A program made the position numbers and the translations under genes. Source: Squalus acanthias (lineage: Eukaryota). Taken from it: 64,000 nt of DNA. Location of the stretch: NCBI GenBank assembly GCA_030390025.1, contig CM059432.1, positions 128,156,001-128,220,000 on the forward strand, read 5' to 3'. The number at the start of each line of letters is the position of its first letter. The stretch's first letter is position 1. Positions 12,018 through 22,757 of the stretch are shown piece by piece. A model generated the notes under the pieces. It did not search any database. It was not told the DNA's origin and saw nothing but the letters and a program-made list of their open reading frames with translations.

Positions 12018-12643
12018 AATAAATCTGTTGGACTATAACCTGGTGTTGTGCGACTTCTCATTTTTTTCATAAATAGAGGTATTGAGTACAAAAGTAGAGA
12101 AGTTATGCTGAGCCTTTATAAAACGCTGGTTAGACCACAACTGGAGTATTGCGTCCAGTTGTGGTCACCACACTTTAGGAAGGATGTGAAGGCCCTTGAG
12201 AGGATGCAGAGGAAATTTACCAGAATGGTTCCGGGGATGGGGGATCTTAGCTACAAGGACAGGTTGGAGAAGCTTGATTTGTTTTCATTAGAGCAAAAGA
12301 GGTTGAGGGGTGATTTGATAGAGGTGTACAAGATTATGTGGTTTGGATAGGCTAGACGGGGAAAGGCTGTTCCCACTGGTTGATGGTACAAGAACTAGGG
12401 GACACAGATTTAGGGTTTTGGGCAAGAGATACAGGGGGGATGTGAGGGAAAAACTTTTTTATGCAGCGAGTGGTGAGGACCTGGAATTCGCTGATGACGG
12501 AAGTGGTGGAGGCGGAGACATGCAATGTTTTCTCGGGGAAACTGGATAGGCACTTGAGGGAAATAAACTTGCAGGGCTACGGGGATAGAGCGGGTGAATG
12601 GGACTGACTGGATTGCTCTACAGAGAGCCAGCACAGACTCTAT

Positions 12644-13330
12644 GGGCTGGATTTTGATACTGGGGCGGGTTGGGGTCATGTCATCCACTTTTCGTGTTAT
12701 CCACCCAACTGCAATTGGATGTGGCAGATTGATGCAGTTTTCACCTAATTGGGCAATTGAGTTCCAGCACGTGGGAACCCATGAATCAATTAGTGTTTTC
12801 AGCCTGAAAGTCGCCTCTGATGATGTCATCATTGCTGCTGCATTGAAGGTCTTCAGAGACTGCCTGGCCTTTGCTGTGAGAGGACCTGCAAAATGAGCAG
12901 CAGCAGTCCTAAGTCTGCTCCCAGATATTTTTACACCACCACTCCCAGATATGTCTCCTCCCCATCCATATATGCATCCATCCACATAGCCATCCATATA
13001 TGCATCCCCATAGCCCGCCCGCTCATAGTCAGCTATCCAAATGTGCTCCCACCAGGTTTCACATTCATGGTTCAGAACTGGCGTGCTTCACGTAGAAAAA
13101 GGGTTAAAATCACAAAGGCCTTTCAAAATGGCATTATAGAGGCAATTTAGTGCTTGTTAAGGGCCTTAACAGCCTATCCCGCCTCTTAGAGGCGGACGGA
13201 GTCGGGACCAGCAGACACAATTTCATGAAAATTGCATGGAGGCGGACTTGTGCCCGCCCGCCAGTTTTCACAATTTTAACCCCCCACACGCCTCCAAACC
13301 CGCCTCCACAGGTCAATGAAAATCTAGCCC
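12644..13330. mobile_element. PIF/Harbinger MITE
   Basis: TIRs gggctggatttt ... aaaatctagccc with 3-bp TSD TAT, inserted in the CR1 3'UTR. Subterminal regions are homologous to 13372-16633 (inverted) and to 42286-42975. Confidence 0.88.
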
Positions 13331-13889
13331 TATGTGCCGAATGGCCTCCTTCTGTGCCGTTATGACTCTATGGGCTCGATTTTGCCAGGCCCGAGGAGGC
13401 GGGATTGGAGGCGTGTGAGGTGGTAAAATCGCAAAAAATGGCGTGCGGGCCCGATCCCGCCTCCGAGCAATTTTCCCAAATGCGTGTTTTCTGACCCCGT
13501 TTCCATCCCGCCTCCAAGAGGCAGGATAGGCCCTTAAGGCCTTTAACAACTAGGTAAGTGCCTCTATAATCCCATTTTGAGAGGCCTTTCTGATTTTACC
13601 ACTTTTCCCACGTCCTGCACGTCTCCTCTGGAACACGCCAGTGAATCCTGGCGGCCTCACAAGTGGACTGCTTACTAACAGCTGCAGCTCCACCATTAAA
13701 AAGGAGTTTTCAGCAATCATCATTTGCAGGTGGCAGAACTTTGTTGTCTCAGCTCTGGGGAACTTTTAGCAGGCATACCCATTGTTGTGCAAGTTTGGAG
13801 TCTGACACCCATCTCCAGTGTGACCTCCTGGGAAACCCCTCTCGCCACCTTGACTGAGTGCTTCCTCAACTGAGGCATATACCAGAAGC

Positions 13890-14101
13890 ATGGGAACCAT
13901 TCATTTCCTGTCCTCCTGGACATCAGATTCGGACGAAGACCAGCCATGGCAGCAGCAGAACCATGAACAACAGCACCACCAACAGGAGTGCCAAGCTGCT
14001 GCTCACCCACCTGAAGCTGCACAGGCCAGAAGGTGCCAGCGCGCGACCACATTGCTGCCCGGGATGCAAGGGACGCACTCATCTTGGCCAGATTTGCTTA
14101 G
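13890..14101 (+). pseudogene. Probable fused N- and C-terminal remnants of a Harbinger transposase
   Basis: MGTIHFLSSWTSDSDEDQ.. start followed, in a shifted frame, by IAARDARDALILARFA-stop, which resembles Harbinger transposase C-termini. No DDE core; position is convergent with the Myb gene. Confidence 0.5.
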
Positions 14102-14356
14102 CCTGCACAATCAAACACTTTTGCCTCGCACCTTCTTATCAGACCATCGACAATGGCCAAGAACCTGCGGATTCCTATCACTCTGACCACCATACTGACA
14201 ATTGCAAGTCGCCCTAAGCCCTCAATGTGGAAGTCCCATTAGCGAAATGACACACGCCACAACTGCAACAATTTGCCATCAGAATTTTTTATGACAAACA
14301 ACTGATGGCTTTTCACAATTAAACAGAACATTACACCCAAGTGACTACCCTTGTGA

Positions 14357-15486
14357 CTACTTGTGCATTATCTTCCTCTTACGCGTGCTCCTACGTGGTG
14401 CTTCCCCTGTGGCTTCAGCAGCTGTGGAGGCCCCTTGCTCACTTTCTTGCTGCTCCTGTCTCGACACCTTTGGCGGGCGTCCTCTGGGGTTGCGAACCTG
14501 TGAGGGCTTGGCAACAGTCTGCTGCTCCTGCGGCTGTGCAGGGGTTGAGACGCCGATCTCAGTTGGGTGGGGACTCGGGTGGGGCTCTGACCGAGGGCTC
14601 TGCAGTGGCATGGTCGTGTGAGCGCTTGGAGAGGAGCCCCCACTTCCTTGTTGTATGCCACCAACATCCCTCTCATGGGTCAGCCCCACTTCAGAGCTAG
14701 CAAGTGGCTGGACAGCACCTTGCTGCACTGCAGGGGGGCCATGAGAACCCGTTTCTGCACTGAAAGTCCTACTCCAGAGGACTTGCATGAAGGTCTAGTT
14801 TGTTTGCTCAATAGCTGACCATCGCTCCTCAAGAGATGTCAGTCTATTCTGAACAATTACCATGTTTTCCATACCCTGGCGACTAAGCTCCTCCATGGAT
14901 GTAGCCATCCTCTCCTCTACCGTAGCCATCCTCTCCTCTACCGTAGCCATCCTCTCCTCTACCGTAGCCAGCCTTACCATGGAGGTAGCCATCCTTTCCA
15001 AGGAGGTTGCCATCCTTTCCGTGGTGATGGGTTCATGCGCCAACGCCTCCACAAAGGCTCTGCTCATGTTCGCGATGGACTCCTCCATTCGCTCCACACT
15101 GGCAGCGACCCTGGAGACAAAACCTGCCAGAGACTCCTGCACCTGCTCCTGGAGTTCGAGCACCGCTCTCCATCTGGATGGACCCGGAGGCACAGGGTCG
15201 ACATGCAGCGGAGCCGAGCTGGGAGCGTCCTCTCCACTGCGACGAGGACTCTCCACTGCTGTCCCTGTCTCCTCCATCTGCTGATGCTCACTTGTGAGCT
15301 GTGATACACCAGGTGACAACTCTACTCTATGTCCCGAAGGTCCCACCGAGGTGTGAGTGTCTGCGCTGGTGCAGGGTGCGCTTAATTCTGCTGACTGAGC
15401 GCCCTCAGAGGTTGCAGCTTCCTCTGAGGAGTCTGGAAGCTCAGGCTCTTCCTCCTGGACAGTGGGGACAGGGGCTCTCGATGGTC
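14357..15486 (-). pseudogene. Harbinger Myb/SANT-like gene, exon 3 (acidic region, heptad repeats, AT-hook, basic tail)
   Basis: CCCCCACAG acceptor in the matching phase. ORFs 14795-15598 and 14357-14788 share one frame, separated by a single TAG at 14795-14797. The distal part has PRGRPPK and RRSTRKRK. Confidence 0.78.
14901..15026. repeat. 21-bp coding tandem repeat (three perfect and three degenerate units)
   Basis: Unit gtagccatcctctcctctacc; encodes (ATVEERM)n heptads on the minus strand. Confidence 0.92.
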
Positions 15487-15640
15487 CTGTGGGGGAGTAA
15501 AGGAAAAAGTTGGAGATGTGAGGTAAAGGTTGCATGCACATTGAATTGTGCAGATCATAAGTCAATCTGTTAAGAGCATCAGAATCATTATCAGTCACTC
15601 ATGCAATGTCAATGAGAGAGATGCCAAACTATTCTGTCAC

Positions 15641-15800
15641 CAGCTTGCTGTGATGCACCCGCCTGTCCATCCCCCACTTGGGAATCCTCCTCGATCCTGG
15701 CAATTTCCAGGGCCGCCTCCTCCGAGGTGGTGAGCTGGGCTACTGAGGGTGGCCCTCCTCCTGCCCTCGCTCTTTCCCTCTTATTGTGGGCTCTCTTTTC
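15641..15800 (-). pseudogene. Harbinger Myb/SANT-like gene, exon 2
   Basis: TGCAG acceptor, GTGAC donor (phase 1). Translates EKRAHNKRERARAGGGPPSVAQLTTSEEAALEI.., the typical post-Myb R.TGGG-like motif. Confidence 0.8.
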
Positions 15801-16119
15801 CTGCAATGAGGGACACAAGTGGAGTTTGAGTGAGAATGAAAGAGTGAGTGTAGAGAATCCATAGCATAGATGCTTAGAAGGAGACAAAGGGCCCTCCCTG
15901 TGTGTTGTAAGTTGTTGTCATTGCGTCACAGTGATAGGGAGTGTGAGGGCTGCATGGTTGAATAGTTAAGTGAATGTGACCATAGAGAGAGAGGGAATGG
16001 GTAAGGGTGCAGGGATGTCAGTGTGAAGTGGGATGTGGAGGAAGAGGTTGGCAAAGCAGAGTGCTGGTGAGGAGAGGCGATGGGGATGAGATTGAGGGTG
16101 ATGGGAAAGTCATACTCAC

Positions 16120-16359
16120 TTTTCCTGTGCGGAGAAGGTCATGAAACCTCTTCCTGCACTGCAGCCAGGTTCTGTGGCACATAGAGATGGCATTGACCTC
16201 CTGAGCCACTTGCAGCCACACAGCTTTAGTCTGTTGTGGTGGCGTTTTTCTCCCTGAGGAAGGGACGAGCTCCTCCTTACTGGATCTTGCTCCCTGCACC
16301 AGAGCTTGGAGGGAGGGCTCATCAAAGCGAGGTGTACACTTTTGCTTGCTGGTGGACAT
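16120..16359 (-). pseudogene. Harbinger Myb/SANT-like gene, exon 1 (trihelix DNA-binding domain)
   Basis: ATG at 16359. Translates MSTSKQKCTPRFDEPSLQALV...AVWLQVAQEVNAISMCHRTWLQCRKRFHDLLRTGK, then a GTGAGT donor in phase 0. Confidence 0.88.
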
Positions 16360-17007
16360 GGTCGGTAAATGAAGTCCTTCATACAATGCCCAAAGCGTTT
16401 CCAGTCTCCAGAAGAAGCAAGGCTGCTTGCAGGCCTTAAATCCAGCAGCACTGATGACGTCATCGGAGGCGACTTTCAGGATGGAAAGACTAATTGGGCC
16501 AGGGGTTCCCACATGCTGGAAAGCAAGTGCCCAATTAGGGGAAAATCGCACTTTTTTCCCACTTCACGTCGGGGTCCTGACACGAAAACCACCTGACACG
16601 CCCCAGCCCGATCCCAATGGCAAAATCGAGCCCTATGACTCTGAGACAGGATTTAAAACACAAATCTATTTGCAGGTACTGGGGTTGATGGCAAGCCACC
16701 CTAGGGATGTTGAATGCAAAACTCTGTCCAATGCAGTTGCACCAAACTTTCTTTCACAACAAATATTGAAATGCTCTATTGTAGATAGGTCAGGAGGCAG
16801 CCACCACCTTCAACCTGGGAGGCAAACAGCCTGAGCAGATTCCTGCAATAAACTCCACTGCCTCTGTTATGCTGGCAACAGATAGGAGACTTAGATTCAG
16901 AAAGGATTATTCAAAGGATGTGGACACACCCACACACCACGTGGCACCACAGACTTACACTTTGTGTATTTCATTTAGCCATATTTTTCAGGCAACTAAT
17001 TCACAAG

Positions 17008-19618
17008 CGATTGCAGGATACATAACTTTTAGAAGAGATAAGCAAAATGGAAAAGGAGGAGGGGTAGCCCTGATAAAGGATGGGATAAAGACAGTAGAGA
17101 GAAAGGATCTTAGCTCAGAAAATCAAGAAGTAGGATCAGTTTGGGTGGAGCTAAGAAACAGCAATGGGCAGAAAACATTGGTGGGAGTTGTTTATAGGTC
17201 CCCAAACAGTAGTTGTAATGTAGGACAGAGTATAAATCAGAAAATTAGACATGCATGTAACAAGGGTAATACAGTAATCATGGGGGACTTTAATCTTCAT
17301 ATGGACTGGGCAAACCAAATTTGCAGTAATGGTGTGGAGGATGAGTTCATGGAATGTATACAAGATAGTTTTCTAGATCAGTATGTTGAGGAACCAACTA
17401 GGGAACAGGCTATTTTTGATCTATTATTGTGCAATGAGAAAGGGTTAATTAATAACCTTGTAGTAAAGGGGCCTTTAGGGAAGAGTGACCATAATATGAT
17501 AGAATTTTATATTTAGTTAAGTCCGAAACTAGGGTCTTAAATCTAAACAAACCAAACTATGTAGGTATGAATGGCGTGTTGGCTAAGATAGATTGGGAAA
17601 CTACATTAAAAGGTATGATGGTAGACAAGCAATGGCTAGCATTTAAAGAATTAATACATAATTTACAACAAATATACATTCCTTTAAGGCACAAAAATCC
17701 CACAGGAAAAGTGATCCAACCGTGGCTAACAAAAGAAGTTAAAGATAGTATTAGATCAAAGGAAGAAGCTTATAATGTTGCCAAAAAGAGTAGTAAGCCT
17801 GAAGATTGGGAGGATTTTAGAATTCAGCAAAGGAGGACCAAGAAATTGATGAGGAAAGAGAAAAAAGAATATGAGCGTAAATTAGCAAGAGACATAAAAA
17901 AAGATTGTAAACGTTTCTATAGGTATGTAAATAGGAAGAGATTAGTGAAAGTAAACGTGGGCCCATTAGAGGCAGAGACAGGAGAAATTATAATGGGCTA
18001 TAAGGAACTGGCAGAGACATTAAACAAATACTTTGTATCTGTCTTCACGGTAGAAGACACATAAAACATTCTGGAAATAATGGGGAACCAAGGGTCTAGA
18101 GAGAATGAGGAACTTAAAGAAATCAGTATAAGTAAAGACATTGTACTGGAGAAATTAATGGGACCAAGTGGCGACAAATCCCCTGGACCTGACGACCTGC
18201 ATCCTTGGGTTTTAAAAGAGTATTAATCTTCCAGATTTCCCTAGATTCTAGAACAGTCTCCAAGGATTGGAAGGTAGCAAACATAACCCCGCTATTTAAG
18301 AAAGGAGGAAGAGAAAAAAGGGGGAACTATAGGCCAGTTAGCCTGACATCAGTAGTAGGAAAAATGCTAGAATCTATTATTAGGAACGTGGTAACAGGGC
18401 ACTTAGAAAATTGTAATATGATTACGCAGAGTCAACATGGTTTTATGAAAGGGAAATCGTGTTTGACAAATTTATTAGTTTTTTGAAGATGTAACTCGTA
18501 GGATGGATAAGAGGGAACCAGTGGATGTAATGTATTTGGATTTTCAAAAGGCATTTGATAAGGTGCCACACAAGAGGTTATTACACAAAATTAGAACTCA
18601 TGGGATTGGGGGTAATATATTAGCATGGACAGAAAACAGAGAGTAGGAATAAACGGGACTTTTTCGGGTTGGCAGGCTGTAACTAGCGGGGTACCGCAAG
18701 GATCAGTGCTTGGGCCTCAGCTATTTACAATCTATATTAATGACTTGGATTAAGGGACTGAGTGTAACGTATCCAAGTTTGCTGATGATACAAAGTTAGT
18801 TGGGAAAGTAAGCTGTGAAGAGGACGCAAAGAGACTGCAGCGAGATATGGACAGGTTGACTTGAGTGGGCAAGAACATGGCAAATGGAATACATTGTGGG
18901 GAAGTGTGAAGTTATCCACTTTGGTCGGAAAAAGCAGAATATTTTTTGAATGCTGAGAGACTGGGAAATGTTTGCATTCAGAGGGACCTGGGTGTCCTTG
19001 TACATGAGTCACAGAAAGTTACCATGCAGGTACAGCAAGCAATTAGGAAAGCAAATGGTATGTTAGCTTTTGTTACAAAGGGATTAGAGTATAAAATGGA
19101 AGAAGTCTGACTACAATTATACAGGACATTGGTGAGGCCACACCTTGAGTACAGCGAAGGTTCACCATACTGGTTCCTGGGATGAGGAGATTGAGTAGAC
19201 TAAGCCTATATTCCCTAGAGTTTAGAAGAATGAGAGGTGATCTAATTGAAACATATAAAATTCTTAAGGGGCTTGACAGGGTTAATGCTGAGAAAACGTT
19301 TCCCCTGGCTGGGGAAACTAGAACACGGGGTCACAGTATTAAAATAAGGGGTCGGCCATTTAGGACTGAGATGAGGAGAAATTTCTTCACTCAAAGGGTT
19401 GTGAGTCTTTGGAATTCTCTACTCCAGAGGGCTGTGGATGCTCCGTCATTGAGTATATTCAAGACAGAGGTCGATACATTTTGGGGAATTAAGGGATATG
19501 GGGATAGTGCGAGAAGGTGGAGTTGAGGTAGAAGATCAGCCATGATCTTGTTGAATGGCAGAGCAGGCTCGAAGGGCCAAATGGCCTACTCCAGCTCCTA
19601 TTTCTTATGTTCTTATGA
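17008..19618 (+). mobile_element. Decayed CR1 LINE (family 2), ORF2 through 3' end
   Basis: Endonuclease (VGVVYR, IMGDFN, SDHNMI), RT motifs and a ttcttatgttcttatg terminal repeat. Confidence 0.92.
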
Positions 19619-20514
19619 TTGGTGAGGCAGGTCCACTAACATTATTGTGGTTTAGTACATCTAAAAGTCTTGCATCTAGCACATCCTATTTGTCATGATT
19701 TTGTCACCTGAATGTAAGATTTAGATGTACTTTTAAATTGAGAATGTGCTTACTTTGCAGGCTTCCCAATGCCTGGTTGCGCTGTTGTGTCTCTAAAATT
19801 TGTGTCCCAGATCTATCAAAGCTAGCTCTAAAATATCATTGCCTTCACTTCCTCTTCCAACCTTGCTGCATAGGTTCTGTACTCTTCCATCCAGTGTCTA
19901 CCTGCCTCTGTTCTTTTACCCAGCCTTGGCCAGTCTAATCAAGGCCTTGCACCCATCTTCTCTCTTCACTGGTTTTGTTTATAAAGCAGTCTGTTCTATC
20001 TATAGCACTTATAAATTACTGGTTTCCCCTCTTAGTACTGAGAAACCAGCTTTCATCACGCTACTGTAAGTACATAGGGTGCATCTGTCTCCTCCACTGC
20101 ACCACGCCACCCACCACCTCTTGCCCAAAAAAAGAAAAGAAAAAAACAAACGAGAAGAGGAGGAAGGAAGGAAAAAGCAACAAAAACATATAAAGAGAAA
20201 GACAGAAACTGCAGTACAAAATTTACAGAGCCACCATATCATTCAAATACGTTGTTGAACACCACAGTCGATCTGTCCCTCTGTCTACTTGCTTTAGATC
20301 CCTCCTCTCTCTCCATGTGCCTCTGCTGCCCCTCATGATTCTGATTAAACATTTCTTTTCATAGCCATGGGAGTTCAATTTGAGGAATGGAAATGACACG
20401 GTGTTGAACGGTGTTTTTTCTTTAGTGCCATAAAAGTTAAAAACAGTAAAAAGAAGCAAAATTCTCAAATGGTGGTATCCTATTTGATTGCCTTAACTAT
20501 CCTAAAAAGTATAG

Positions 20515-21262
20515 ATCAGAGTATTTTCTAAATGGTGAAAAGCTAGAAGCAGTGATGGTACAAAAAGACTTGGGAGTCCATGTACATAGATCATTAAAAT
20601 GTCATGGACAGGTGCAAAAAATAATCAAAAAGGCTAATGGAATGCTGCCCTTTATATCTAGAGGATTAGAATACAATGGGGTAAACGTCATACTACAGTT
20701 TACAAAGCCCTGGTTAGATAACATCTGGAGTACTATGTTCAGTCTGGGCACCAGACCTTAGGAAGGATATATTGACCTTGGAGGGAGTGCAGCGTAGATT
20801 TACTAGAATGATACCTGGACTCCAAGGGTTAAATTACGAGCAGAGATTACACAAACTAGGGTTGTATTCCCTGGAATTTAGAAGATTAAGAGGTAATTTG
20901 ATCAAAGTTTTCAAGATATTGAGGGAAACTGCTGGGTTGATAGAGAGAAACTATTTCCACTGGTTGGGGAATCTAGGACTAGGGGACATGGCCTAAAATT
21001 AGAGCCGGGCCTTTCAGGAGTGAAGTTAGGAAACACTTCTACACACAAAGGGTAGTAGATGTTTGGAATTCTCTTCCGCAAACAGTAGTTGATGCTGGGT
21101 CAGAATCTGAGATTGATCGATTTCTGTTAAGCAAAGGTATTAAGGGATATGGGGCAAAGGTGAGTATGTGAAGTTAGGTCACAGAGCAGCCAATGATCTC
21201 ATTGAATGGCGGAACAGGCTCGAGGGGCTAAATGACCTACTCCTGTTCCTAGGTTCCTATGA
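20515..21262 (+). mobile_element. CR1 LINE 3' fragment
   Basis: Coding for DLGVHVH, LEGVQRRFTRMIPG and LYSLEFRRLRG; ends in ttcctaggttcctatg. Confidence 0.88.
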
Positions 21263-21651
21263 ATTTTTTTTAAATCACATTTGTTTTATTGAACTGCTGC
21301 GAAATACAGATTTACTTTCATTAATACAAGCAATCGTGACATTTTAAAATTTCTATGCAATGACAGTTTAAAAAAGGGGGCTATAATTAAGAAAGTTAAT
21401 AGGCTAATTAATCAGGATAATCCCTACTTTTTTTTCTTTAAAAAGCAAACCCTGGTGCGTAACAATACGTATTATATAGTTGATTTGTTATCCAGTAATT
21501 ATATTCTGGTAACAAAAGGAATGATCACTACTGAATTATACCACAACTATAAAACTTATCAGTTGGGTGTTGAACTACTCCTTTGTATCTTTATTTGCAA
21601 GAAAACTATGACGTGTTATTCAACTGCATAATTTTGCTTTTCTTTTGACAG

Positions 21652-21838
21652 GACTGCACGTAAAGAATACATCCATGCAAAATATGTAGACCATAAGTTT
21701 GCCAGAAGGTTGTGCACTTCTTCTTCAGCTAAAATGAATGAGTTGTTGGAATCTGTGAAATCCAGGGATTTACTTGCACTAATTCAAGTCTATGCAGAGG
21801 GAGTTGAACTAATGGAGCCACTACCAGATCTTGGGCAG
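21652..21838 (+). CDS. ASAP1: ASAP1 coding exon (ArfGAP to ankyrin junction)
   Basis: ttttgacag acceptor, gtgag donor, 187 bp. Translates TARKEYIHAKYVDHKFARRLCTSSSAKMNELLESVKSRDLLALIQVYAEGVELMEPLPDLGQ. Confidence 0.96.
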
Positions 21839-22309
21839 GTGAGAAATAGTAACTATTTTAACTATCTGAGATTACATGACTCACAGTTCAGTTCTCTATA
21901 CAGAGTGTATATATAACATTCAAATGATTTGTTTTTGATGGATAAAGTTAATTTTTTTAATTCTGCATTTCAACTTTACCCAAGTTTTCATTTTACTATA
22001 AAATCCAACATTACTTCTCTGGGTTTTGGTTCCTAAGGCAAAAACCATATAAAATATCTCTGTTATACGAGTATGTAGGAACAGGAACGTACAGGACCGA
22101 GAAGACTCTGCAGTCCATCTGGCCTGCCCCACAAACTAATGCCTTTCAATTGCTCACTCACAAGATTACAAGATAATTATGGATGAGGAAGGTCGTTTGG
22201 TCCATTTGTGTTCATCCATCCAGAGAGATATCACAATTCCCTATCCGGTATCCAATTGTTTTAAAAAAAATAATTCCAGTGTTTTATCTCCACTGGAGGT
22301 CTGTGCCAT

Positions 22310-22755
22310 GTATTGAAACTAACAGTAAGAAATTATTCCAGTACTTCAAATGTAAGAAGGCAGTCAGGGAAGAAGTGATAACCATAAAGTATGCAAATGG
22401 CTTCAAAACAAAGCAAGAGTATTAGATAATAAACATTATCATTGTATCCAAGTATTCACGAGACAAGACCTGAGCAACATGTCCTCCCCAAACAGAAATA
22501 ACCTGAGCTAAATGAACATAAATGAGATGGAAGTCTTTGACAGATTGAAAGTACTCAAAACCAATAAAAAGGTTATTTACTCCAAATTGCTAAGACATAC
22601 AAGAGATGATATTTGTGAAGTACTGACAATTCTTATCAAGGAGTTACTGGACACTGGAGAGGTGTTACCAGATTATAAACAGGCCCACATGATGCCCATA
22701 TTCAAAAAGACAACAAAATACACAGGAAACTACAGTTTTATTTCTGTCATGTGTA
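22310..22755 (+). mobile_element. Old, highly diverged CR1 ORF2 fragment
   Basis: Coding for NSKKLFQYF, LLDTGEV.PD.K.A and PIFKK..GNY. Confidence 0.65.
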
Positions 22756-22757
22756 AA

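Larger units (their letters stand above)
10022..12065. mobile_element. Penelope-like element (probably Neptune-type): two inverted 3' fragments
   Basis: GIY-YIG domain with a Cys-rich linker on both strands, and a hammerhead motif in each 3' pseudo-LTR. 15-bp TSD ttcataaatagaggt at 10007-10021 and 12066-12080. Confidence 0.93.
10059..12065. repeat. Near-perfect 2007-bp palindrome centred on 11062
   Basis: Positions i and 22124-i are complementary throughout. At least four substitutions between arms plus one mismatch near the centre; the spacer is at most 7 nt (tctgagg). Confidence 0.97.
5700..13371 (+). mobile_element. Decayed CR1 LINE (family 1), interrupted by three nested insertions, with a fourth in its terminal repeat
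   Basis: End of ORF1 esterase (DGLHLN), then ORF2 APE endonuclease (AITETWL), RT ([31 protein letters not shown]) and a 3'UTR ending in tatgactc repeats. Pieces: 5700-8132, 9889-10021, 12066-12643, 13331-13371, with the last repeat unit at 16634-16641. Several stops and frameshifts. Confidence 0.93.
13372..16633. mobile_element. PIF/Harbinger transposon, deletion derivative retaining the Myb/SANT gene
   Basis: Perfect 16-bp TIR gggctcgattttgcca / tggcaaaatcgagccc, TSD TAT (13369-13371 and 16634-16636). Contains a convergent transposase remnant (+) and Myb-like gene (-). Confidence 0.92.

Noticed and set aside
10059..12065. Palindrome as a sequencing or assembly fold-back artefact
   Set aside because: The arms differ at several positions, one arm has an extra 37-nt tail, and the host CR1 resumes correctly after a 15-bp TSD. 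Read-level confirmation is still advisable.
14901..15026. Short repeat array as a CRISPR-like locus
   Set aside because: The 21-bp units are contiguous with no spacers, they code for heptads, and the context is eukaryotic.
16360..16551. N-terminal 64 aa of ORF 16018-16551 and similar ORFs in the MITEs (12594-12896, 42296-42526)
   Set aside because: This is open frame across non-coding subterminal transposon sequence. The credible start is the ATG at 16359.
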